A DNA stretch of 64,000 nt from an uncultured Clostridia bacterium (GCA_944347775.1 CALVMT010000071.1:1773-65772); one strand, 5' to 3'; positions 18,698 to 29,425 are shown, counted from the stretch's first letter. The notes: generated by a model not told the origin, from the letters alone. Numbers and translations are program-made.

Positions 18698-19993
18698 ATG
18701 AAAATACGCAGCTTGATCTTATTTTTGTTGATCACAGTGATCATTTTGACAAGTGCATGGGGCGTTTTTTGCGGTGTTTCTTTGGGGGTGAATCGTTTTG
18801 CACCCATGGAAGTATTGCAGTTAGGTGCAGACTGGAAGGGTGAAACATCAATTTTTTTGGATGTACAGAACGAAGAGGGGCAAGAGATTACGCAAGAACA
18901 GCTTGAACAGACAATGGATGTTCTTATAGCAAGGCTTGATATCTTAGGTTATGGGTTTTCCAGTGTTGTACAATTGGATTCCGATCAAATTGAAGTGCAA
19001 GTTCCTTTGAATGAAACAACGTTTCACGATGTAGAACAATTGGCAGAAAAATTGCAGCAAACAGGTAGGCTCTATATTACTGATTCAGCAAATGATGATG
19101 CAGTTTTGATAGATCGTGATTCCATAGAACGCATAGAATTGCAAGAAGGAACGCTTGGAAAATATTCTATCTTTTTAATTATGACAGAAGAGGGAACGGC
19201 ACTGTTTGAGCAGGTTTCTAAGGAAGTCTCGGAAAGAGAAAAAGAAGAAGATAAATATGTCAACATCTATTTGGATGACGAGGAATTAGCAGAGTTAAGC
19301 ATTCGTGAAATTTATACGGATGGTATTTTTGGTTTTACTTCTTCTTACTCGGAATATGAGGCGACATTGCTGCAACAGATTGTGAATTCGGGAATGCTTC
19401 CCGTTGCGCTAGACAGCAGTGCGGGAATTATGACTTCTGCGGTATTCGGAGAAAATGCATGGCAATCAATGCTTTTATGTTATGGTATTAGTATGTTTGT
19501 TGTTGCTGTAATACTGATTATCATTTACCGTATTTCTGGATTAATTAATGTATTGACGATGATTGCATACCAAGTTTTGATGGTATTGTTTTTGGCATTA
19601 TTGGGAATCCAGGTGACAGGGTCGAACTTTATGGCTTTATTAATTGGATTTGGCTTTTTACTTGCCTCAATGGTATATGTTAACCATACGTTTTTTAAAC
19701 AGCATTTGTCAGGAAAAAATATTCGGGCAGCATATAAGTCTGGATATACGCAAGCTATGTCTCGTATTTCTAATGGTATGGTGTTTTTGTTTTTGGGGTT
19801 TGTCGTGTTAATTTCCAGTGGGATAGCGGCTTTAGAAAACCTTGCTTATGGATATGGTATTGCATTGGTTATGGCTTATGTCTGTATTATATTGATTAAT
19901 CGTCTATTATTTGCTCTCATGGTGCGGATGCAAGATCACAAAGAAAGTATCTATTTTCCCCTTGGCAAAACGGGAGAAGGAGGAAGAACATAA
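18698..19993 (+). CDS. divergent SecD-like membrane protein
   Basis: N-terminal TM, an acidic extracytoplasmic domain of about 230 aa, then a C-terminal bundle of about 6 TMs. IYRISGLINVL...LGIQVTGSNFMALLIGFG...SGKNIRAAYKSGY aligns by eye to SecD TM1-TM6. Its size and its position between polC and recJ match secD. Confidence 0.6.
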   Translation: MKIRSLILFLLITVIILTSAWGVFCGVSLGVNRFAPMEVLQLGADWKGETSIFLDVQNEEGQEITQEQLEQTMDVLIARLDILGYGFSSVVQLDSDQIEVQVPLNETTFHDVEQLAEKLQQTGRLYITDSANDDAVLIDRDSIERIELQEGTLGKYSIFLIMTEEGTALFEQVSKEVSEREKEEDKYVNIYLDDEELAELSIREIYTDGIFGFTSSYSEYEATLLQQIVNSGMLPVALDSSAGIMTSAVFGENAWQSMLLCYGISMFVVAVILIIIYRISGLINVLTMIAYQVLMVLFLALLGIQVTGSNFMALLIGFGFLLASMVYVNHTFFKQHLSGKNIRAAYKSGYTQAMSRISNGMVFLFLGFVVLISSGIAALENLAYGYGIALVMAYVCIILINRLLFALMVRMQDHKESIYFPLGKTGEGGRT

Positions 19994-20883
19994 TGCAGGG
20001 CAGAATTTTAAAAGCCGGTCTAATGGTTTTGACAATATTTATGATTGCAGCAGCGATTTTTGGCTCGGGATTAGGCCTGGATTTTACGGGAGGATACTTG
20101 ATCCGTATTAGTAGTGCGGAGCCGTTTGTCTTGAAACAGGTAACAGAGAAGATTTGTGCAGAATTTTCCGATAGCCTTGGTGATATACGTATCCAGCGTG
20201 GGACAGACAATTATAACGATCAATTGTTGATCCGTGTGCAATATGCAACGCAACAGGATGCGGAACGTATGGTACAAATTGCAGCCGAAAATCAGCCCGG
20301 AGCTTATTTACGCAGTTTTGATGTTATTGGGAACAGATTTGGCTTGCAAAAATGGTTTAGTTATACATTATTGTTGCTTCTAGCCTGTTTAGTCAGCATT
20401 GTCTTTATTGGTTATCGACAAGGGCTAGGGGCTGCTCTGGCCTCTCTGGTAGGAGGGCTTGGATCAATATTTAGTGCGTTAAGCCTTCTTGGAATAGCTG
20501 GTATTCCGCTTAATGAGGGAATATATCTTGGAACCTGCCTATTGAGTATGGCATATGCTTTGTTGATTGGTTTCTGGTTGAATGCGGGCGCAGAGGTGAA
20601 AGCTGGTTTATTAGCTGGAGACAGTGTTGAAGTAATGGCTGCAAAAGGATGGGCTGACAGTGCTGGAAAAATTATTGTATTGACAGCAGGAACACTGATT
20701 TTTGCATTGGCCGGGTGTATCTTATCAGAAGGAGTACTGCGCGAATATATGTTGGCCATTTTATTGAGTACGGTTAGTTCTTTTCTGGGAGCGGCCTGTC
20801 TTGAAATGCCGATTTACTTGTTGTTTTCACGTAAGTACATGTTAAAATCTGTGTCTAAGAAAAAAGCACGGGCAATAAAATGA
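19993..20883 (+). CDS. divergent SecF-like membrane protein
   Basis: GLDFTGGY matches the SecF DFTGG motif just after TM1. The protein is 296 aa with a C-terminal TM bundle. Its ATG overlaps the stop of the preceding SecD-like ORF. Confidence 0.6.
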   Translation: MQGRILKAGLMVLTIFMIAAAIFGSGLGLDFTGGYLIRISSAEPFVLKQVTEKICAEFSDSLGDIRIQRGTDNYNDQLLIRVQYATQQDAERMVQIAAENQPGAYLRSFDVIGNRFGLQKWFSYTLLLLLACLVSIVFIGYRQGLGAALASLVGGLGSIFSALSLLGIAGIPLNEGIYLGTCLLSMAYALLIGFWLNAGAEVKAGLLAGDSVEVMAAKGWADSAGKIIVLTAGTLIFALAGCILSEGVLREYMLAILLSTVSSFLGAACLEMPIYLLFSRKYMLKSVSKKKARAIK

Positions 20884-20900
20884 TAATCTACTTATTGTTA

Positions 20901-20934
20901 ATTGAGGCGGTCTGTAAAAACCGCCTCAATTTGC
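20901..20934 (+). terminator. hairpin terminator after the SecF-like gene
   Basis: ATTGAGGCGG-TCTGTAAAAA-CCGCCTCAAT is a perfect 10 bp stem. The trailing T-run (TTTG) is short. Confidence 0.55.
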
Positions 20935-20956
20935 ATATTGATGAGGAAATAATCGA

Positions 20957-23326
20957 ATGAGATTTATACAAAAATATCAAAAAACGATGCATCAGAAAAT
21001 ACGGGAAGCATATTTGACTTTAGGAATTGATGAGATTACGGCACAAATTCTTTATGCCCGTAATATTATGCCAGAGCAGGCGTCTGATTTTTTGATGCCC
21101 AGTTTGGAAAATCTACATAATCCGTTTTTATTTTGTCAAATGGAAAAAATCTGCAATAGATTACATGAGGCTGAGAAAAAACACCAGTATACAGTAATAT
21201 ATGGAGACTATGATTGCGACGGTGTGTGTGGTAGTGTTATTTTAAAGAAAACATTAGATCAATTAAAGATACCCTGCCGAATTTATTTGCCTGATCGGGC
21301 AACCGAAGGTTATGGAACTAACCGGACGGCAATGGAAAAATTAGTAAGAGAGGGAATTGAATTACTGATTACGGTAGACTGTGGCATACGGAGTAATGAT
21401 GATGTGGATTTTTTAAAGAAAAAAGGTATTGATACGATTATTTTGGATCACCATGAATGCGATGTAAAATTGCCGGATACGCCATATATTTTGAATGGAA
21501 AAGTTAAAAAAGAAAAATATCCGTTTACAGAGTTATGCGGAGCAGGAATAGCATTTAAACTAGCTCAGGCTCTTCTTGGGCAGGGCGCATATGCCATGTT
21601 GGAATTTGCCGGAGTTGCAACAATTGCAGATATGGTTCCGTTAATAGGAGAAAATCGTATATTAGCATATTATGGTCTCCAAAATCTCAATATGGCGCCG
21701 TCTATCGGATTAAAGAACTTAATGGCTGTTGCGGGAATTCACAGAAATGCAGTGGATGAACACAGTGTCGGATTCGGCATAGCGCCGCGCATCAATGCAG
21801 CCGGGCGATTGGCTCATGGTATGCTGGCCGTACAGTTATTGTTAGGTGAACAGCAAACGAAGGCAGTGGATTTGGCCTGTCAGCTTAATGAACTGAATGA
21901 ACAACGTCAGAAATTGCAGAAGCAAGTTATTTTTGAGGCAGAGCAAATGGTCAGAGAACAGAAAGATCTCTCAAAAATACGTGTAATTATCGTTTCGGGG
22001 AAGGGCTGGGATAAAGGTGTTGTTGGGTTGGCAGCGGCCTCCATAGCTGCAAAATTTTGCCGGCCTGCTGTAATTTTGACAGAAGAAGACGGAATGCTTA
22101 CCGGGTCAGCGCGGAGCATTCCCGGCATTAATCTTTATGAATTGCTTAGTACCTGTCAACAAGAATATACTCGCTTTGGAGGCCATGAAATGGCCGCGGG
22201 TTTGACTTTTCCGGCGCGGCGTTTGCAATGGATTGAACACCAGATCAATGAAAAGGCAAGAAACTTATATTCCGATGAAGCGTTTTTGCCGACGGCATAT
22301 TATGATATACCGATAACTTTAGAAGAAATTAACTTAAACCTGGCTGAGCAAATGGAAATATTACGACCTTTTGGGCAAAATAATGAACAGCCACTCTTTT
22401 TGATTCGTAATTATATACCAAATTATGTTATGCATTTGGGAGACGGATCTCATCTAAAAATGAAGGAACCCCAAACGGATATTCTTTGGTTTCATGCAAC
22501 AGAGCAGATTCGGGTGGGAAGCGAATATGATTTTACTGCAAGCCTTTGTGTTAACACTTTTCGATTAAAGAGAAGCAGTCAATTAATTGTGCATAGTTTG
22601 CAGGAAAAAAGAAAATCTGGGGAAGAATGGAAGAATCAGCTCAAACAGGAATATTTGCGGAATTTTCCTTTAGAGATCGAAGCTTTTTGGCACTATTGGC
22701 AAGGTGAAAAAAAAGAAGCAATACATGATTACGATATCAATGAGATATTGATTGACATGCAAAATCATCCATTTGGAAGTGTTATTTTTGTTAACTCCAT
22801 TCCAGGATTAGAAGTGGTTAACAGATGGAAACAAAAGGGATTAGTAATGCGAGAAGTGATGCGACTAGATGAAAATAGTGCGGAAAACTGTATTTGTTAT
22901 ACAAAACCGCCTAAATGGGTGCAAAACTATCAGAACATACTTCTTGTAGGATGTTTTGATGCGAGGATATCATTAAAAAAGGGGCAAAAATGTTTAAATT
23001 ATGCGGACGAGGGTATAAAAAGACTATATAAAGAAGAAGCTAAGGGTTATTTTGTCGATGAAGAAAAATTATATGACTATGCAAAAGCATTATATCTTGT
23101 AGGTCGTGAAGGTTTTCAAACTTTGGGGGAATTGCTAAAGCGAACGAGTGAAATTTTGCAGGAAGACGAATTGAAAAAAATTTGGTTTGCTTGGAAAGTT
23201 TCTCTTCGACAAAAGTTGCTTCAGATTCGGAAAAATGATAAGATATATGTTATATTTAATGAATTGGAAACGAATTTTGAGGAAAATACCTTGCTAAAAG
23301 CTATTCATTTTCTGCTAAGCGAGTGA
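20957..23326 (+). CDS. recJ: single-stranded-DNA-specific exonuclease RecJ
   Basis: DHH family motifs: GDYDCDGV, TVDCG, LDHHE, plus the DHHA1 GGHEMAAG. At 789 aa it has the length of Bacillus-type RecJ. Confidence 0.93.
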   Translation: MRFIQKYQKTMHQKIREAYLTLGIDEITAQILYARNIMPEQASDFLMPSLENLHNPFLFCQMEKICNRLHEAEKKHQYTVIYGDYDCDGVCGSVILKKTLDQLKIPCRIYLPDRATEGYGTNRTAMEKLVREGIELLITVDCGIRSNDDVDFLKKKGIDTIILDHHECDVKLPDTPYILNGKVKKEKYPFTELCGAGIAFKLAQALLGQGAYAMLEFAGVATIADMVPLIGENRILAYYGLQNLNMAPSIGLKNLMAVAGIHRNAVDEHSVGFGIAPRINAAGRLAHGMLAVQLLLGEQQTKAVDLACQLNELNEQRQKLQKQVIFEAEQMVREQKDLSKIRVIIVSGKGWDKGVVGLAAASIAAKFCRPAVILTEEDGMLTGSARSIPGINLYELLSTCQQEYTRFGGHEMAAGLTFPARRLQWIEHQINEKARNLYSDEAFLPTAYYDIPITLEEINLNLAEQMEILRPFGQNNEQPLFLIRNYIPNYVMHLGDGSHLKMKEPQTDILWFHATEQIRVGSEYDFTASLCVNTFRLKRSSQLIVHSLQEKRKSGEEWKNQLKQEYLRNFPLEIEAFWHYWQGEKKEAIHDYDINEILIDMQNHPFGSVIFVNSIPGLEVVNRWKQKGLVMREVMRLDENSAENCICYTKPPKWVQNYQNILLVGCFDARISLKKGQKCLNYADEGIKRLYKEEAKGYFVDEEKLYDYAKALYLVGREGFQTLGELLKRTSEILQEDELKKIWFAWKVSLRQKLLQIRKNDKIYVIFNELETNFEENTLLKAIHFLLSE

Positions 23327-25503
23327 ATAAGGAGGTGTATGGTTTGCCTGATTATTATAAGGAATTTATTGAAAAGTATCCTATGTATGGCGGAGATGTA
23401 TTGATTGAGAAGGCATTTTATGTTGCGGAGAAAGCGCATAAAGGTCAATTCCGCGATTCTGGAGAACCATATATTATTCATCCTGTGGCGGTAACGCATA
23501 TCCTTGCAGATTTAGGAATGGATAAGGTGAGTATTTGTGCAGGAATGTTGCATGATGTTCCTGAAGATGTAGAAGAATACCCGATTGAATATATTCGTGA
23601 ACAGTTTAATGAAGAAATTGCTAATATTGTAGACGGTGTAACGAAATTAAAAAAGTTTGGCTTCCAGACAAAAGAAGAAGCACAAGCAGAAAGCATGCGC
23701 AAAATGTTCGTTGCGATGGCTTCGGATGTGCGTGTAGTCATTATTAAACTGGCGGATCGTCTGCATAATATGCGAACATTAGGATACAAGACGGGAGAAA
23801 AACAGAAAGCAAAAGCAAAAGAGACACTGGAGATATACGCGCCGTTAGCTCATCGTTTTGGAATATATGCGTTTAAGTGGGAGTTTGAAGATCTTGCTCT
23901 AAAATATCTGGAACCAGAGGCATTTTATGACATTGCTAAGAAATTGAGTGCTACACGTACGGAACGTGAAGCATATATTCAGCAGGTTATTGAAAAAATA
24001 GAAAAAAATATACGGCCACTTGGTATTGATTACGAAATTGAGGGACGTCCGAAACATATTTATAGTATTTATCGTAAAATTAAAGATAAGAGCAAAACCT
24101 TTGATGAACTTTATGATATTATGGCTGTTCGTGTAATTGTGGAGTCAGTGAAGGATTGCTATGCAGTTTTAGGGACAGTTCATGCTGTATGGAGACCGAT
24201 TCCCGGGCGGTTTAAGGATTATATTGCAGTGCCTAAACCGAATATGTATCAATCTTTACATACAACATTGATGGGAGAAGACGGCAAGCCGTTTGAAGTG
24301 CAGATCCGCACATTTGAGATGCATCGTACGGCAGAATATGGTATTGCTGCCCATTGGAAATATAAGGATGGGACAACGGCAACACAATCGGACTTCGACA
24401 AGAAAATTAGCTGGCTTCGCGAAATGATGGAATGGCAGAACGAAATGAAAGACTCTAAGGAGTTTATGGAAGCACTTCGCATTAATTTTTTTTCGGATAC
24501 CGTTTTTGTGTTTACTCCAAAAGGAGATGTTCGAGACCTGGCTATAGGAAGCACACCATTAGATTTCGCTTATAGTATACATTCAGCTATTGGGAATAAG
24601 TGTGTTGGAGCAAAGGTAAACGGCAGGATTGTACCGTTAAATTATAAGTTACAGACGGGTGATATTGTAGAAATTATTACCAGCGCATCGAGCAAAGGGC
24701 CGAGTCGGGATTGGCTGAATATCGTGCGTACGGCGACAGCACGCTCAAAAATCAGAGCATGGTTTAAAAAGGAGTTAAAGGAAGAAAATATAGTAAAAGG
24801 TAAGGCCATGCTGGAAAAAGAGGCAAAACGAAAAGGCTTTGAGCTGTCCTCTTTGATGGAACCAGAATGGCTTAAAGAACTATATAAGCGCTTTACATTA
24901 AACTCGGAAGAGGATATGTTCGCAGCAGTAGGATATGGCGGCCTTTCTACTAGCCAGATTCTTTCACGGCTGATTGAAAAGTATAAATTTGCACATAAAG
25001 ATGAAGTAGAACCAGAAGTCTATGAACGAAACACTGAGGGTAAACAACTGAGTGGAGACAGCAACATTTCAGTAAAAGGATACTCTGATATGGTGGTGAG
25101 ACTTGCTAAATGTTGTAACCCACTGCCGGGTGATAAAATTATTGGTTTTATTACCAGAGGCAGAGGCGTTTCGGTACATCGCGCAGATTGTTCTAATCTG
25201 AATGAAGAGGATTTTCCTGCCAGCAGACGTATTGAAGTGGCTTGGCGTGAACAAAAACCGGCAAAATACAGTGTTGGCGTTCAAATTGAATGTGAAGATA
25301 GAAGCGGTTTGATGGCGGATGTTTCGCAGGTATTTTATTCTATGGGATATTCAATGTCTTCTTTTAGCGGCCGCGGAACAAAAAATAATCACTTTATTAT
25401 TAATGCAGTAATTAGCATTAAGTCTCCACAGGATTTGGAAGAAGTTTTGCATAAGTTGTGCAACATAAAATCGGTTATACGGGCGTATCGTGTTAATCAT
25501 TGA
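23323..25503 (+). CDS. relA: bifunctional (p)ppGpp synthetase/hydrolase Rel (RelA/SpoT family)
   Basis: HD domain (HKGQFRDSGEPYIIHP, HD.PED), synthetase domain (YRKIKDK...DIMAVRVIV, YQSLHTT), then TGS and ACT domains. The start is either GTG at 23323, overlapping the recJ stop, or TTG at 23344, 9 nt after AAGGAGG. Confidence 0.95.
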   Translation: MNKEVYGLPDYYKEFIEKYPMYGGDVLIEKAFYVAEKAHKGQFRDSGEPYIIHPVAVTHILADLGMDKVSICAGMLHDVPEDVEEYPIEYIREQFNEEIANIVDGVTKLKKFGFQTKEEAQAESMRKMFVAMASDVRVVIIKLADRLHNMRTLGYKTGEKQKAKAKETLEIYAPLAHRFGIYAFKWEFEDLALKYLEPEAFYDIAKKLSATRTEREAYIQQVIEKIEKNIRPLGIDYEIEGRPKHIYSIYRKIKDKSKTFDELYDIMAVRVIVESVKDCYAVLGTVHAVWRPIPGRFKDYIAVPKPNMYQSLHTTLMGEDGKPFEVQIRTFEMHRTAEYGIAAHWKYKDGTTATQSDFDKKISWLREMMEWQNEMKDSKEFMEALRINFFSDTVFVFTPKGDVRDLAIGSTPLDFAYSIHSAIGNKCVGAKVNGRIVPLNYKLQTGDIVEIITSASSKGPSRDWLNIVRTATARSKIRAWFKKELKEENIVKGKAMLEKEAKRKGFELSSLMEPEWLKELYKRFTLNSEEDMFAAVGYGGLSTSQILSRLIEKYKFAHKDEVEPEVYERNTEGKQLSGDSNISVKGYSDMVVRLAKCCNPLPGDKIIGFITRGRGVSVHRADCSNLNEEDFPASRRIEVAWREQKPAKYSVGVQIECEDRSGLMADVSQVFYSMGYSMSSFSGRGTKNNHFIINAVISIKSPQDLEEVLHKLCNIKSVIRAYRVNH

Positions 25504-25513
25504 GGTGATGGTG

Positions 25514-25963
25514 ATGAGAGCAGTGATTACCAGAGTAACAAGCGCCGAGGTGCGAATCAAAGGAGAAACTTATAGTCAAATAGGAAGAGGACTATTGGTT
25601 TTACTGGGAGTACAGCAAGGCGATACGGAAAAAGATATTCAATATATTTGCGAGAAAACTTGTGGTTTGCGCATTTTTGAAGACCAAGAAGAAAAAATGA
25701 ATTTAAGCATTCAGGATGTAGGTGGAGAGATATTGCTTGTTTCTCAATTTACTCTTCTTGGAGATGCCAGAAAAGGGAAACGACCAAGTTTTATTCGGGC
25801 TGGTGCACCGATTTTGGCAAAAGAAATTTACGACAAGGCGGTACAAGCTTTTTTACAAACCAATATTCCTGTTTATACAGGTGTTTTTCAGGCATATATG
25901 CAAATTGAATCAGTAAATGACGGGCCTGTAACTATTTTATTGGATAGCCGAAAGTTATTTTAA
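25514..25963 (+). CDS. dtd: D-aminoacyl-tRNA deacylase
   Basis: MRAVITRV......GLLVLLGV and VSQFTL.GD..KG.RPSF motifs. ATG at 25514 follows GAGGTG. Conserved rel-dtd order. Confidence 0.93.
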   Translation: MRAVITRVTSAEVRIKGETYSQIGRGLLVLLGVQQGDTEKDIQYICEKTCGLRIFEDQEEKMNLSIQDVGGEILLVSQFTLLGDARKGKRPSFIRAGAPILAKEIYDKAVQAFLQTNIPVYTGVFQAYMQIESVNDGPVTILLDSRKLF

Positions 25964-25986
25964 CGGTTGAGAAGGAAAAGCAAATT

Positions 25987-26625
25987 ATGTTGGAAATTGA
26001 AAAAATTGTCAGTCCGGCGATGGATGTTAATACTTATGTGGTGTGGCAGCAAGAAAACAAAGAAGCGATTGTGATTGATCCTTCTTTTGAACAGGAAAAA
26101 TTGGATGCATGTTTGCAAACGGAGAATTTACAATGCACGGCTATTTTGCTGACTCATGGACATTTTGACCATATTGCGGGAGTTGCAAGTTTGATGCAGA
26201 GTACCGGTGCGCAAGTAGCAATTCATACATTAGATGCACAGATGTTATATGACAGAGAAAAAAATCTTTGTTCAGAATTTAATTTGAAAATTACGCCGTG
26301 TTCTGCCGATATTGAATTAAAACAATCCATTTATCATTTTGCTGGTATGGAAGTGAAAGTTCTTCATACTCCTGGACACACTCCGGGTAGTGTTTGCTAT
26401 TTTATTGGCAATGCAATGTTTTCCGGTGATACATTACTTAACTTAGGAATTGGACGTACTGATTTGCCTGGAGGCAGTTGGGCTCAGATGCGGCAGACTT
26501 TAACAAAAATTAAACTAATCAAGGGAGAGTATGCTATATATCCTGGTCATGGGCATTCTACTTCGTTAACTTATGAGATTGATAATAATCCTTATCTTGG
26601 AGATGACAAATGGTCTCTTTACTGA
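25987..26625 (+). CDS. MBL-fold metallo-hydrolase (glyoxalase II-like)
   Basis: LLTHGHFDH, HTPGHTPGS and PGHG metal-ligand motifs. Confidence 0.85.
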   Translation: MLEIEKIVSPAMDVNTYVVWQQENKEAIVIDPSFEQEKLDACLQTENLQCTAILLTHGHFDHIAGVASLMQSTGAQVAIHTLDAQMLYDREKNLCSEFNLKITPCSADIELKQSIYHFAGMEVKVLHTPGHTPGSVCYFIGNAMFSGDTLLNLGIGRTDLPGGSWAQMRQTLTKIKLIKGEYAIYPGHGHSTSLTYEIDNNPYLGDDKWSLY

Positions 26626-28067
26626 CAAACACACAGCAATACTATGCAGATATTTGTGATGAAATTCGTCTGTTTTTTACAGTACGGAAAATCCCTGTCG
26701 TACAGGAAATCAGTAGACAGGGATTTTGTGTTACTCATTATTTCACCAAACAATATACATATTGCCATACGGCGGCATTATATTATAATGGAGAAAAACA
26801 ACAAGAAATATGCTATGATAGCGGGGAAGTTTTACAAAATAATTTACTAGCTGATAAGCGTGCAATAAAACATGGGGCGAAAATTGCTGTATATCGATGT
26901 TTAGCAAATTATTTTTTACAGCATAAACCATGGGGGTCGCTTACTGGTGTAAGACCAACCAAAATGCTTAGAGATCTAAGTGAAGTATATGGAAAAAAAG
27001 AAGCGCTGCGCAGAATGCGGGAAGAATATGACGTTTCTGAAAAAAAATTACAGTTGGCGCAGCGAATATGTGATACGCAAAGCGAGATATTAAAGACAAT
27101 TTGCCTTGAAAAAGATATTGATTTATATATGGGAATCCCTTTTTGTACGTCACGATGTGCATACTGCTCTTTTTATGCAGCAACGACAACAAAGGACGGA
27201 CAAAAGGAAAAACATTATGTAGATGCACTGTTGAAGGAATTGGAAATGTTGGCTCCGGTCATATCTCGATATCATGTGCGCAGTATATATATTGGCGGGG
27301 GGACACCCTCAGCTCTATCGGAAGAAGAATTGCAACGTGTATTACAAGCTGTTACACCGTATGCCAAAGATGCAGAATTCACAGTAGAAGCTGGACGCCC
27401 CGATACAATAACGAGACAAAAGTTATCGATAATCAAACAAGCTGGTGTGGAGCGAATTAGCATTAATCCTCAGACAACATGTCCTCAGACATTGCCGATT
27501 ATTGGAAGAAAGCATAGTGTGGAAGCATTTTTTGAGGCTGCGCGCCTGGCAAAAGAATTTAATTTTAAAGCCATTAATATGGATCTGATTGCTGGGTTAC
27601 CGGGGGAAGGAACAAAACAACTTGTACAGTCAGTGATGGACTGCATATTGCTGGAACCGCAAAATATTACGGTTCATAGTCTGGCCATAAAAAAAGGATC
27701 AAAATTTGGCATGGAAAATAGGCAACAGTTTGCTTCGCCCAAAGAAACAGAAGAGATGTTGGATCGAGCTCGGGAACTCTTAGAACAGTATGGATACCAG
27801 CCCTATTATATGTATCGTCAAAAATATATGGCCGGGAATATGGAAAATACTGGATACACAAAAGAAGGAAGTGCATGTATCTATAATGTAGATATTATGG
27901 AAGAAGCAGTAAGCATTCTTGCTCTAGGGTCTGGGGCGGCATGTAAGCGTGTTTTACCTGGAGAAAAAAAGATTGAGCGATTTATTGGACTTAAGGATAT
28001 CCCTTCTTATATTGAACGCGTGCAAGAGATGGCAGAGAAAAAAATTGCGCTTTTTGGCGAAGGTTGA
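26610..28067 (+). CDS. hemZ: radical SAM coproporphyrinogen dehydrogenase HemZ-like protein
   Basis: GIPFCTSRCAYCSF (CxxxCxxC), YIGGGTPS and HemN/HemZ-like length. The long N-terminal extension is typical of HemZ. Confidence 0.8.
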   Translation: MVSLLTNTQQYYADICDEIRLFFTVRKIPVVQEISRQGFCVTHYFTKQYTYCHTAALYYNGEKQQEICYDSGEVLQNNLLADKRAIKHGAKIAVYRCLANYFLQHKPWGSLTGVRPTKMLRDLSEVYGKKEALRRMREEYDVSEKKLQLAQRICDTQSEILKTICLEKDIDLYMGIPFCTSRCAYCSFYAATTTKDGQKEKHYVDALLKELEMLAPVISRYHVRSIYIGGGTPSALSEEELQRVLQAVTPYAKDAEFTVEAGRPDTITRQKLSIIKQAGVERISINPQTTCPQTLPIIGRKHSVEAFFEAARLAKEFNFKAINMDLIAGLPGEGTKQLVQSVMDCILLEPQNITVHSLAIKKGSKFGMENRQQFASPKETEEMLDRARELLEQYGYQPYYMYRQKYMAGNMENTGYTKEGSACIYNVDIMEEAVSILALGSGAACKRVLPGEKKIERFIGLKDIPSYIERVQEMAEKKIALFGEG

Positions 28068-28092
28068 CTTTACATATAGCTGCCATTATAAT
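28064..28092 (+). promoter_or_regulatory. sigma-A type promoter for hisS-aspS
   Basis: TTGACT (28064-28069, overlapping the hemZ stop), 17 nt spacer, TATAAT (28087-28092). Only about 60 nt remain before the hisS start. Confidence 0.55.
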
Positions 28093-28152
28093 AAAAATGG
28101 TTTATAAGCGCAATAATTTGCACTAAAAAATGCATCTACGGGAGGATAAAAA

Positions 28153-29409
28153 TTGGAAATTAAGGCGCCTAGAGGCACAAAGGATATCTCGATAAAAGAC
28201 AGCTATAAATGGCAATATATAGAGCAAAAAATAAGGGAATTAACGGCGCTCTATCATTATCAAGAGATTCGAACACCTATTTTTGAGCATACAGAGCTGT
28301 TTGAAAGAGGTGTAGGCGATACAACTGATGTTGTGCAAAAGGAAATGTATACATTTGAAGATAAAGGCGGGCGCTCTATTACATTACGCCCGGAAGGTAC
28401 TGCTGGGGTAGTTCGCAGCTTTATTGAAAGTGGAATAGCAGCTGGCCCGCAGCCGACAAAGATGTATTATCTTTCTGCTCCGGTGTTTCGTTACGAGAAC
28501 CCTCAAGCGGGGAGATTGCGTGAACATCATCAGTTTGGTGTAGAGGTGTTTGGGGCGCAAGATGCTTCGATTGATGCTGAAATCATCAGTTTAGCGCTCA
28601 GTTTATTAAATAAGTTGGGTGTAAATGATCTTTCATTAAACATCAATTCTATTGGTTGTAAACAATGCCGACCGGAATATAATAAAGCGCTGAAAATGTA
28701 TTATACCGAAAGAAAGGAGCAGCTATGCCCTACATGTTTAGAACGCTTGGAAAGGAATCCTCTGCGTTTACTTGATTGCAAGGAAGACGCTTGTGCTGCC
28801 CTTGCTGCAGAAGCACCGAAAATAGTGGATTATCTTTGCCCGGAATGCGAAGAACATTTTAAAGCGTTGCAAAAGTATTTAGATTGTATGAATATTCAAT
28901 ATAAAATTAATCCCAAAATTGTGCGTGGTTTGGATTATTACACCAAGACTGTATTTGAGATTATTTCTTCACAAATTGGTGCGCAGGGAACTGTTTGCGG
29001 TGGGGGTAGATATGATGGCCTTGTTAGTCAGTTAGGTGGCCCACAAATGCCGGGAATTGGCTTTGGTATGGGAATGGAGCGATTATTGATGGTCATGCAG
29101 AATGCGGGAGTTGTGATTCCGAAACCGCAACCATTATATGTATTCCTTTGTACGATGGGAAAGGCAGCCAGAGAAAAAGCGATTAGTATTATTGCTCAAT
29201 TACGTCAAGTTGGAGTCAGTGCAGATATGGATCATGCAGCACGGAGCATGAAAGCGCAGTTTAAATATGCAGATAAGTTGGGTGTACAATATACTCTCTC
29301 TATTGGAGATAATGAGCTTGAAAGAGGCATGGTCAGCCTTAGAAATATGCAGAATGGTTGTCAGACAGAAATTTCTTTAGAAAATATTGTAGAAGAACTA
29401 TGCAGGTAA
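28153..29409 (+). CDS. hisS: histidine--tRNA ligase
   Basis: [15 protein letters not shown]...LRPEGTA, FRYE.PQ.GR.REHHQFG and GGGRYD motifs. TTG start 7 nt after GGGAGG. Confidence 0.96.
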   Translation: MEIKAPRGTKDISIKDSYKWQYIEQKIRELTALYHYQEIRTPIFEHTELFERGVGDTTDVVQKEMYTFEDKGGRSITLRPEGTAGVVRSFIESGIAAGPQPTKMYYLSAPVFRYENPQAGRLREHHQFGVEVFGAQDASIDAEIISLALSLLNKLGVNDLSLNINSIGCKQCRPEYNKALKMYYTERKEQLCPTCLERLERNPLRLLDCKEDACAALAAEAPKIVDYLCPECEEHFKALQKYLDCMNIQYKINPKIVRGLDYYTKTVFEIISSQIGAQGTVCGGGRYDGLVSQLGGPQMPGIGFGMGMERLLMVMQNAGVVIPKPQPLYVFLCTMGKAAREKAISIIAQLRQVGVSADMDHAARSMKAQFKYADKLGVQYTLSIGDNELERGMVSLRNMQNGCQTEISLENIVEELCR

Positions 29410-29425
29410 AGAAGGTAGAGAGCAG

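Noticed and set aside
28068-28152. Looked for a T-box leader upstream of hisS-aspS, which B. subtilis has at this operon.
   Set aside because: Only about 60 nt lie between the -10 box and the start codon. There is no specifier-loop or T-box (GGTGGTACCGCG-like) sequence and no terminator/antiterminator pair. A T-box cannot be present here.
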